Shown: one piece after another, positions 30,301 to 37,458 of the stretch
Position numbering within the stretch: the stretch's first letter is position 1
How the letters are laid out: every line of letters begins with the position of its first letter
Assembly (NCBI GenBank): GCA_045577035.1
Contig: JAZNHQ010000025.1
Span: 1 to 61,097 of the forward strand
Direction: 5' to 3'
Source of the DNA: Faecousia sp.
GTDB taxonomy: Bacteria; Bacillota; Clostridia; Oscillospirales; Oscillospiraceae
DNA: 61,097 nt
Notes under the pieces: model-generated
The model's database searches: none
Told to the model about the DNA's origin: nothing
What the model saw: only the letters and a program-made list of their open reading frames with translations
Made by a program: the position numbers and the translations under genes

Positions 30301-32044
30301 TGTCGATCATGCCGCCTGTACGCAGATTGATTGGGAACCCCTGCCTGCGGTTGTGGACAATAAGATTACCATTCAGTATTCCGGTCACTATTACATGACC
30401 AAGAATGCGGCAGCTTCTCTGGAGATCCAGGAGGGGTTGGAGGTATCTGTGTGCCTCAACGGATATTTCCTTTACGGCAGACAACCCATTACCGTGGGAC
30501 AGAATGTGACACTGAATATTTGTGACCATGTGGGAACGGGTGCTGTATACAGCAACAAGGATGACAATGGCGGATACGCCATCAAAGTCAACGGCGGTAT
30601 TGTGAATTTCTACAGCGGTGTTTTGTCCGGCAAGAATTATACCAGCGGTATTTTGAACCGTTCTGTATTGCTGACCAGCGGTCAGTTCAATATGTACGGC
30701 GGCAAGATCTGTGACGGCTCTTTGATCGACAGCAAAAACGGCGGTAATGTGCTGATCCAAAGCGGTACATTTACCATGCTTGGCGGTACGATCACCGGTG
30801 GACAGGTAACAAACGGCAAGGGTAGCGACCTGTATGTATCTGCCGGTGCTGCTTTGGTGCTGGGCGGTGATGCCAAGGCCGGAAATGTCTATATTGCCAC
30901 TGGCGCCGACATGGATTTCCATGAAAGCTTTACAACCGCATCTGCTTGTGTGGAATTAGAAGATATGACCATGCATCTGGGCGTGGGCAACGCTAAGGAG
31001 AACTACGCACAAACCATTATCAGCCAAAATGAGGATTATGAAGTGGCATATGATGTGCAGCAGATGTCCTTGTATTTAAAATCACTGGGACACCGTCACT
31101 GCATCTGCGTGGGTAGTGACCATGTTCAGGAGCATGCGGCATGTGAGCATGTTTTGTGGGTAGAAGTGCCTGCCAAGGCAAGCAATAAGATCACTATTAC
31201 TGAAAGCGGTCATTATTTCCTGACGCAATCTCAGGCAGCAACCCTGGTGATCAGCGAGGGCTTGACCGTAGAGCTGTGTCTGAATGGTTTTGATCTGTAC
31301 GGCAGTACGCCCATTACCGTAGGCGAAAATGTAACCCTGAGTATTTGTGACCATACGGGTAACGGAAGAGTTTACAGCAGTAAGAACGACAGCACCGGAT
31401 ATGCTGTAAAGGTAGACGGTGGTATATTCAATTTTTATAGCGGCACACTCCGCGGTCTGAATAAAGATAATCAGCGTCCGAACCGTCCTGTGCAGATCAC
31501 AGCAGGTCAGTTCAACATGTATGGTGGCGCCATCTGCGACGGTACTTCCAAATCCGGAGAAAACGGCGGCAATATTCTCATCAATGGTGGTAACTTTACC
31601 ATGTACGGCGGTATCATTTCCGGCGGCAGTACTACCAAACACGGCGGCAATATTTGTATCCAAAACGGTACCTTTACTATGAAGGACGGCACGATCGCCG
31701 GCGGTGTGGCCGGTAATAAGGGCGGTAATGTGATGCTGCTGGCAGATGCGAAGAATAAAACTGCCCAGTTCATCCTGGAGAACGGCACTGTTTCCGGCGG
31801 TCTGACCGAGGAGGGCGCAGTGAATGCCCAAAACGGCGGCAACATCTGTGTCAACGCTACCACCGGCATTTCCAAATTTACCATGTACGGCGGCAGTGTG
31901 ATCGGCGGTCAGGTATCTCAGAAGGGCGCCAATGTGTTTGTATACAAGAGCGAAGGCTCTGTCATTGAGTTGGCGACCGGCATTGAGCTTGCGGATGTCT
32001 ATCTGGACACCGGTAAAGAAATTACAGAAATTGAGCCGAAATGA
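27341..32044 (+). CDS. Giant N-terminally anchored surface protein (1567 aa): four N-terminal repeat domains and three tandem His/Cys-capped beta-helix modules
   Basis: Hydrophobic N-terminus KKLWIVLGLALLLIVSACVLIFA; repeated units ending (V/I)Y(N/D)...GD...G...Y; HC.C.GS..H..C....W motif three times at ~830-bp spacing. Confidence 0.8.
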   Translation: MKIMANKKLWIVLGLALLLIVSACVLIFADFGGEAADPCADTDGKYYWNIDRLQYVGSDVNPMPSISSRHDRDDVYYLRMAVDGEQIEVMAKDVQLVQQMDNWDLMCLGFDEEGYVTKVVPATKWSQKVLEDVYVQSIDGQTVTVNSNAYYTALERRITVTEDTLVYNVANYDGSGLLTGFAGTLNLDDEITVVLDKNGCATHIYTAPYRTPGKLYYSTERLYDSSSKMTTRLSDTLGYYNYEFMVDGELVKLRTRDLAVASKIDQQPYQWVGLEFDENGDIIAANSGGVTVYGKGACLNSSVQSIQWDDYGATIKCIYPSSDKTTQGRLHPDCKIYDYSGEGEFGQLTELREGDYIRALRDHRGRIIYIAVVYRPNVYTHVYLLDRQYDSKTKSTLRQPDGEGYYHIKASVNGQTMTLRCSDRKLVTYMDSQGTNIVGVLLRDDEIIRTAPATYTLAGYYLASGWDVTAFDAAAGTMEVTSMSGDTKGNTKTGTLASNCKVYNVSLLADTVGQTDQVQVGDTVRAYTNHKGEVEVIYVTKRPMHSPAYRKLKELGKQADGYYHYLMAVNGKQIIVKANGEARTQIEKSKTLGLYLTSNNVAYKSVSAVHIAGFNGGVFATDYTVTGYGSTLTLVKGKDTLSAPMANNCQIYNLTAYGNYTGEATTLRIGDKVQCFKDKAGNITLIYVTERTAHTVSNHCACYGSEYHTDHSGCEKLKWTKLPEAVDNQIIITQSGNYYLSHNAAGMLIVEPGLTVNLCLNGYLLRARQALTAREGAVVNISDCGTKGCISGTHDENGGYAVKVSGGTVNLYSGILNGVQPFNTAQKNRCVLLESGSFNMYGGTIRDGYLIDSKNGGNVLVQSGSFTMLGGTITGGQVTNGKGADVYVSNGATMTLGGKAQSGNVYLADGAVFNFHESLNESKASACVDMATAGTRFGVGSAKEAYTQVITTGDPTYTVRYDEALQALYLRSNIAHAHCVCVGSDHIVDHAACTQIDWEPLPAVVDNKITIQYSGHYYMTKNAAASLEIQEGLEVSVCLNGYFLYGRQPITVGQNVTLNICDHVGTGAVYSNKDDNGGYAIKVNGGIVNFYSGVLSGKNYTSGILNRSVLLTSGQFNMYGGKICDGSLIDSKNGGNVLIQSGTFTMLGGTITGGQVTNGKGSDLYVSAGAALVLGGDAKAGNVYIATGADMDFHESFTTASACVELEDMTMHLGVGNAKENYAQTIISQNEDYEVAYDVQQMSLYLKSLGHRHCICVGSDHVQEHAACEHVLWVEVPAKASNKITITESGHYFLTQSQAATLVISEGLTVELCLNGFDLYGSTPITVGENVTLSICDHTGNGRVYSSKNDSTGYAVKVDGGIFNFYSGTLRGLNKDNQRPNRPVQITAGQFNMYGGAICDGTSKSGENGGNILINGGNFTMYGGIISGGSTTKHGGNICIQNGTFTMKDGTIAGGVAGNKGGNVMLLADAKNKTAQFILENGTVSGGLTEEGAVNAQNGGNICVNATTGISKFTMYGGSVIGGQVSQKGANVFVYKSEGSVIELATGIELADVYLDTGKEITEIEPK

Positions 32045-32058
32045 AAGGAGCTTAAACA

Positions 32059-33498
32059 ATGAAAAGAATAATTGCGATTATATTAATAACTGTTTTGGCT
32101 CTGAGCATTTCTGCCTGTGGAACCAGTGAACCGAAAGAAGCAAAGGCAGAATCCCTGGAGGGTGTATTCCAGGTTGGTTACGGCCGTGGGGACATTTCCC
32201 CCACGGAGTCCGTACCCCTGGCAGGCAGAGGTAACACTAGCGGCGGCCAATGGTCTGAAAACGTGATGGATCCTCTGTACTTGACCTGTATTGCGCTGAA
32301 GGATGTGAATGGTAGTACGATTCTCATGTTCACCGGCGATACCATTTCCCCGGATGCAGATGTATTTGTGGATGCGCTGCGTCATAAGGTCAGTAACGAA
32401 ACCGGTGTTCCTTATGAGCAGGTTACCTATACAGCCACCCATTCCCATTCCACTGTGGATATGACCAAGGCTACCTACTATGAATGCGTAGCCCGGTACA
32501 ATCAAATGGTTCTGGATACTGCGGTAACCACTGCACAGCAGGCCATTGCGGATCTGGCACCGGCTCAGGTTTCCGCAGGTACTACCGAGACTGAAAACCT
32601 GAACTTTACCCGGCATTATATCCAGGCTGACGGCACCTATGCCGGTGACGGCTTTGGTACTTGGCTGGATAGCGATCCTGTGCAGCATGTCCGGCAGTGC
32701 GATACTACCATGTATGTGGTGCGTTTTGCCCGTGAAAACAGCAAGGATATTGTGCTGGTCAACTGGCGTGCCCACCCGGGTCTGACTACCAGCGGACTGA
32801 ATATATCCGCTGACTATGTAGGCAGCTTCCGTGAGGCATTTGAGGCTCAGTATGATGCTCACTTTGCCTACTACCAGGGTGCCAGCGGAGATGTGAATGC
32901 CAGCTCTAGAATTGAAGGGGAGAAGCGTGCCCTGGATTATAAGGAACATGGCAACCTGTTGGCGCAATATGCCATTGAATGTCTGGAAAGCAACATGACG
33001 GATATTGCAGTGGAAGATGTTCAATACGAATATATCAACTATACCGCTAATGTGAATCATGCCAAGGATCATATGTTGATCGATGCCAAGATCGTACAGT
33101 CCTACCGTCAAACACTGAAGGATTATTTCCTGGTTAAGCCCATTGCGGAGGAATACGGCTTCCACAGTATGTACGAAGCAACCTTTGTGATCCAGCGAGC
33201 GGCTATGCCGGAAACCCAGGATGTTCCCTTGGGGGTTATGGCTATTGGCGATGAACTGGCAATCGTGCTCCATTGTGGCGAGATGTTCAACCAGGTATCT
33301 GAACAGTTGGCGGAGAAATCCCCGTACAAATATACCCTTTGGTTCTCTTATTGCTTTGATGCCCAGGGCTATTGGCCTTCGGATTATGCATGGGAATATG
33401 AGTGCTATGGTACAGACACCAGCCTGTACGAGCGCGGTACTTCTGAATTGGTTCGGGATATGTTCCTGGAAAAACTCAATGAAATGAAAGAAGGATAA
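32059..33498 (+). CDS. Neutral-ceramidase-superfamily amidohydrolase, lipoprotein
   Basis: Lipobox LSISAC-G; VGYGRGDISPTESVPLAG, TATHSHS, NFTRHY, NWRAHP, ISADYVG, GASGD, GEMF. Confidence 0.72.
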   Translation: MKRIIAIILITVLALSISACGTSEPKEAKAESLEGVFQVGYGRGDISPTESVPLAGRGNTSGGQWSENVMDPLYLTCIALKDVNGSTILMFTGDTISPDADVFVDALRHKVSNETGVPYEQVTYTATHSHSTVDMTKATYYECVARYNQMVLDTAVTTAQQAIADLAPAQVSAGTTETENLNFTRHYIQADGTYAGDGFGTWLDSDPVQHVRQCDTTMYVVRFARENSKDIVLVNWRAHPGLTTSGLNISADYVGSFREAFEAQYDAHFAYYQGASGDVNASSRIEGEKRALDYKEHGNLLAQYAIECLESNMTDIAVEDVQYEYINYTANVNHAKDHMLIDAKIVQSYRQTLKDYFLVKPIAEEYGFHSMYEATFVIQRAAMPETQDVPLGVMAIGDELAIVLHCGEMFNQVSEQLAEKSPYKYTLWFSYCFDAQGYWPSDYAWEYECYGTDTSLYERGTSELVRDMFLEKLNEMKEG

Positions 33499-33501
33499 AC
33501 T

Positions 33502-34827
33502 ATGCAGGAAGCAAAGTTTCTTGCCGGTTTTGGTATGGCCAATATTACACCGGAAGAATCCGTGCCTCTGACCAGCTACGGTGACGACTTGAACCGCTTT
33601 AGCGAAGGCAAGCTCTCGGAGCTGGAAGCCAGGGCACTGGCGCTGACCGATGCAGACGGCAAAACACTGCTGTTCGTGGTGGGTGACCTGAGTTGGGCAC
33701 CCTGGTATCTGGCTCCTGAGATCCATGATGCCATTGAGGCGGAATTTGGCATTCCTAAAGAATATGTGATCCTTAGCGGCCATCATACCCATGCCGCTCC
33801 CGGCTGTCATTTGAGCCAGGTGCCCTCCATTATGCGGTATCGGGAAAAATACATCCAGGGTATGACAGAGGCGGCCAGACTTGCTATGGCAGACAGAAAG
33901 CCTGCCCAGTTGTATGTGGGTAGTGCCATTACCGAGCGCATGAATTTCGTTCGCCGGTATATTATGGATGACGGCAGTTATTGCGGTGATGTAGGTAAGG
34001 GTACAGGGACTGTGATCCTGGCCCATGAAAGCCAGGCAGATCCGGAACTGCAGCTTATGAAGATCACCCGGGAAGGCGGCAAAGATATTCTTGTGTCGCA
34101 ATTCCAATGCCATCCTCATCTGGAGGGCAAGAAAAAGCTGATCTCTTCTCAGCTGGCTGGTAATTTCCGGGCCGAAGCTGAGAAGCGTTTGGATGTACAC
34201 TGCCTTTACTGGAATGGTGGCGCCGGAAATGTTAACAGTCATAGTAAAATTGAAAGAGAGACACGCACGAAAGATCCTGCCCAGTGGGCAAAGATTATGG
34301 TGGATTATGCTCAGGAGGCATTGCCCCACCTACACCGGGTGAAAAGCGGCCCTGTAAAGGTTTCGGTTTTGAATCTGAATGCTCCTGTTAATCACAGCTA
34401 TGACGGCCTTGTGGAGCAGGCCAAACAGGTAAAAGACTATCGTGCCCAAGGACATACCATTGCTGAAGCCATAGAATATGCACAGCAGCTGGGAATCAAT
34501 TCTCCCTTCCATGCCAACCGGATCCTGGCAAATGCTGAATTGCCCGAGACTAAGGAGATATATCTGCGTGCGTATTCCTTTGGCGATGTAGGTGGCGTGG
34601 TTTTGCCTTACGAGTTGTTTGACACCACCTGCATGTACATAAAGCGAAATTCTCCTTTCCGGAAAACCTTTATTACCGGATACTCGTTTCCGTCATACTG
34701 CGGATATATCCCCTCGAAATTTGCCTTTGCAAACGGCGGCTATGAAGCGGACAACTGCACCTTTGCACCCGGCGCCGCCGAGCGTATGGCAGAAGCCTAT
34801 CTGGATCTGTTAAAGCAAATGCACTGA
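33502..34827 (+). CDS. Neutral-ceramidase-superfamily amidohydrolase, cytoplasmic
   Basis: AGFGMANITPEESVPL.SYG, SGHHTHAAP, NFVRRY, QFQCHPH, GGAGN, PYELF, GYIP...GGYE. Confidence 0.72.
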   Translation: MQEAKFLAGFGMANITPEESVPLTSYGDDLNRFSEGKLSELEARALALTDADGKTLLFVVGDLSWAPWYLAPEIHDAIEAEFGIPKEYVILSGHHTHAAPGCHLSQVPSIMRYREKYIQGMTEAARLAMADRKPAQLYVGSAITERMNFVRRYIMDDGSYCGDVGKGTGTVILAHESQADPELQLMKITREGGKDILVSQFQCHPHLEGKKKLISSQLAGNFRAEAEKRLDVHCLYWNGGAGNVNSHSKIERETRTKDPAQWAKIMVDYAQEALPHLHRVKSGPVKVSVLNLNAPVNHSYDGLVEQAKQVKDYRAQGHTIAEAIEYAQQLGINSPFHANRILANAELPETKEIYLRAYSFGDVGGVVLPYELFDTTCMYIKRNSPFRKTFITGYSFPSYCGYIPSKFAFANGGYEADNCTFAPGAAERMAEAYLDLLKQMH

Positions 34828-34830
34828 TTT

Positions 34831-34864
34831 GTAAATACCCGGCAGAGTTCTGCCGGGTATTTAC
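34831..34864 (+). terminator. Hairpin terminator
   Basis: GTAAATACCCGGCAG-agtt-CTGCCGGGTATTTAC. Confidence 0.7.
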
Positions 34865-34937
34865 TGCCAGTTGGGGTTTACAATTCATAAGATTTGTAGT
34901 AAAATGGCTTTAAATTTCATAGTTTGCGGAGGTAAAT

Positions 34938-35606
34938 ATGAAAGAGTATACCGATGGAAGCGTAAAGTATCTGGTTCGATATCCCGAGGGATTTGCGGAG
35001 GATCAGAAGTATCCTGTTATTATGTTTTTTCACGGCTCCGGTACCCGAGCCCAGGAGTTTACAAAGCTGAGAAATGGCCCATTCTTTATGACGATAGAAA
35101 CATATAAAGACTTTCCCTTTATTGTCGTTGCACCCTTATGTACGGAGAATACCTGGTTTGATTTTTGGGAGAGTATAAAACAGCTGGTGCGGGATGTTGC
35201 GGCCTTGCCTTATGTGGATGAAACCAGATTCTATCTGATGGGCTCAAGCATGGGCGGCTATGCTACCTGGCAGCTGGCTATGAGTATGCCGGAATATTTT
35301 GCGGCAATCGTTCCCATTTGCGGTGGAGGTATGTACTGGAATGCAGGTAGATTGATAGATGTGCCTGTTTGGGCATTCCACGGCGCATTGGATAAGACTG
35401 TTCTTCTGGAAGAGTCGGAGAAGATGGTCAATAAGGTCAACGAAAAGGGCGGCAACGCCAAATTGACTATATACCCGGAGAATTTTCATAATGCCTGGAG
35501 TGATACCTTTGCTAACTATGAAGTGTTTTTGTGGCTGCTGCAGCATACAAAGACCATTTTACATCAACTGGAAGATAGCTTTACAGATGCAGAAAAGTTT
35601 GGATAA
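34938..35606 (+). CDS. Alpha/beta-hydrolase (carboxylesterase/phospholipase or predicted peptidase)
   Basis: FFHGSG, nucleophile elbow GSSMGG, PICGG, VWAFHGALD, HNAW (Ser-Asp-His triad). Confidence 0.85.
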   Translation: MKEYTDGSVKYLVRYPEGFAEDQKYPVIMFFHGSGTRAQEFTKLRNGPFFMTIETYKDFPFIVVAPLCTENTWFDFWESIKQLVRDVAALPYVDETRFYLMGSSMGGYATWQLAMSMPEYFAAIVPICGGGMYWNAGRLIDVPVWAFHGALDKTVLLEESEKMVNKVNEKGGNAKLTIYPENFHNAWSDTFANYEVFLWLLQHTKTILHQLEDSFTDAEKFG

Positions 35607-35617
35607 CCCTTTTATAG

Positions 35618-35655
35618 CAGCAAGACCGCCAGTAAAACGGCGGTCTTGCTTTTTA
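35618..35655 (+). terminator. Intrinsic terminator
   Basis: AGCAAGACCGCC...GGCGGTCTTGCT followed by a T-run. Confidence 0.8.
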
Positions 35656-35741
35656 AATAGTTAACAAAATGGAAACAATTTGGAAAAATATCGAAAACAT
35701 AGTATCAATATATTTAAAGCATAAAAATCAGGAGGATTATT

Positions 35742-36584
35742 ATGGTTAGAATTATCACGGATTCTGCAGCGGATTTTACACCTGCGGAGCTTGAAAAAAT
35801 GCAGATTACCTGTATTCCCTTGACGGTGATTTTCGGGGAGCAGGAATACCAGGAAAACATTAATTTTTCCAAAGATCAGTTCTATGCGTTGTTAACATCT
35901 GCACAGATATTCCCCAAAACCTCACAGGCATCTCCCCCAATTTTGCTGGATCTTTTTGAGGATTCCCACAATTGCGGTGATGAGGCGATCTATATTACAT
36001 TATCTTCGCAGCTGAGCGGTACCTATCAGAGCGCACTGCTGGTACAGCAAATGATCGGCAGCTCTAAATGCTTTGTGTTTGATAGTCGAAACGCCACCGG
36101 CGGTCAGCGTATGATCGTGGAACAAGCGGTGTTTTTGCGGGATCAAGGCCTATCTGCGGCGCAGATTATTGAAGAGTTAGAAATTATTCGTGACAGGATT
36201 CGCCTGTATGCCTGCCTGGATACACTGGAATACCTGCATCGGGGCGGACGCATTTCTTATCTGAGCTACACACTGGGCACCATTGCCAATATCAAGCCGA
36301 TTATTTCTGTGGACAAGGAAGGGAAGGTGGCGATCCCTGCCAAGGTCATAGGTATGCGTAAGGGCATGGCTTATCAGTGCAAATGCGTAGAAAAGGATAG
36401 ACCGGATCCGCAGTATCCCCTGTATGTCATGTATACGGACAACCGGGATGTTGCCTGCGCATTGGCTGAGAAGCTTAGGGCGGAAGGTGTTTTCGTGTCT
36501 GAGAAACAGATCATCCAGGTAGGTGCGGCAATCGGCGCACACATCGGCCCCGATGCCTGTGGCTTAGTATATGTAGGTAATTAA
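35742..36584 (+). CDS. degV: DegV/FakB fatty-acid-binding protein
   Basis: IITDSAAD, PKTSQ, LSSQLSGTYQSA, LEYLHRGGRI, GAHIGP. Confidence 0.92.
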   Translation: MVRIITDSAADFTPAELEKMQITCIPLTVIFGEQEYQENINFSKDQFYALLTSAQIFPKTSQASPPILLDLFEDSHNCGDEAIYITLSSQLSGTYQSALLVQQMIGSSKCFVFDSRNATGGQRMIVEQAVFLRDQGLSAAQIIEELEIIRDRIRLYACLDTLEYLHRGGRISYLSYTLGTIANIKPIISVDKEGKVAIPAKVIGMRKGMAYQCKCVEKDRPDPQYPLYVMYTDNRDVACALAEKLRAEGVFVSEKQIIQVGAAIGAHIGPDACGLVYVGN

Positions 36585-36675
36585 TATTTCTGAAACAAAA
36601 CAGAATTATTTTACAAAAATTCATAGGTTATCATTCTTTTGTAAGATATAAAATAACCGATTTGAGAGTGTGCAG

Positions 36676-37071
36676 ATGAACAACACAACATTTTATTACA
36701 GCTATTCCGCTAAAGAAAACCAGGAGATCCTGGCCATCAGAAGAAAATACCTGCCCAAGTGTGAGAGTAAATTTGAGGAACTGAAACGGTTGGATAATAC
36801 TGTTCAGATGTCCGGGACTGTGGAAGCACTTTGTACCGGAATTATTGGTGCGTTGGTGTTTGGTATTGGACTCTGTTTGGCTATGCAGGTAATCGCGACG
36901 GGGACCATATTTAGGGTGTTAGGGATATTGGTTGGATTGATCGGTATGGCGGTAATGCTGATTGCATATCCCATATACCGTAAGATTTTCCTCAAAACAA
37001 AGGATCGGTTCACACCCCGAATTCTGGAATTAACAGAAGAACTTTCTCGGAATGAATCTTCTGCGGTTTAA
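36676..37071 (+). CDS. Small two-helix membrane protein, paralog of 47920-48318
   Basis: FYYSYSAKE..EI.AIR.KY...LKRLD..V...GIIGALVFGIG...AYPIY...PRILELTEEL. Confidence 0.75.
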   Translation: MNNTTFYYSYSAKENQEILAIRRKYLPKCESKFEELKRLDNTVQMSGTVEALCTGIIGALVFGIGLCLAMQVIATGTIFRVLGILVGLIGMAVMLIAYPIYRKIFLKTKDRFTPRILELTEELSRNESSAV

Positions 37072-37091
37072 GATCATGAATACATTGGCAC

Positions 37092-37120
37092 CTTAAGATG
37101 TGCTTATGATAATTTTAAGA
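37092..37120 (+). promoter_or_regulatory. Three direct repeats at 11-bp period; candidate OmpR-family binding site
   Basis: CTTAAGA(37092)-CTTATGA(37103)-TTTAAGA(37114). Confidence 0.45.
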
Positions 37121-37138
37121 AAGGTAAGGTACATAACT

Positions 37139-37390
37139 ATGAGCGGATTTTTTAAGAAGGCATTTGCAGATATGAAGGAGAGTGCAAAGGCACAGCATGA
37201 GGTTGACAAAGCAAACTTTGCCGCAGTCAAGGCCGAGTCCAAGGCACAGTTTGAAGAAGCCAAGGCTATGGGCAATCCTGAGACTCGCAAGGCCATGATG
37301 CAGGCTCAGCGTGATGAGCAGATCGCCGAGGCACAGAAGCGTCAGGAAGAGGCACAGACTCGCATTGATGCCGCCCAGGGCAAAAAGTAA
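37139..37390 (+). CDS. Small helical hypothetical protein (83 aa)
   Basis: RBS AAGGT; MSGFFKKAFADMKESAKAQHEVDKANFAAVKAESKA; Ala/Lys/Glu-rich. Confidence 0.7.
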   Translation: MSGFFKKAFADMKESAKAQHEVDKANFAAVKAESKAQFEEAKAMGNPETRKAMMQAQRDEQIAEAQKRQEEAQTRIDAAQGKK

Positions 37391-37458
37391 GAATATCTGA
37401 CTCAAAGCGAGGCGTCTGTCAGACGCCCCGCTTCCGGTCGTTTTTAAAGGGGGTTGCC

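Noticed and set aside
12662-32044. Giant proteins as autotransporters, CDI/RHS toxins or targets of a diversity-generating retroelement
   Set aside because: No beta-barrel, RHS/YD repeats, toxin-immunity pairs, reverse transcriptase or adenine-specific TR/VR pair; repeat differences are mostly synonymous; the host appears monoderm
37405-37433. Hairpin before cls as a terminator or riboswitch
   Set aside because: No adjacent U-tract and no aptamer features; more likely an mRNA-stabilising stem
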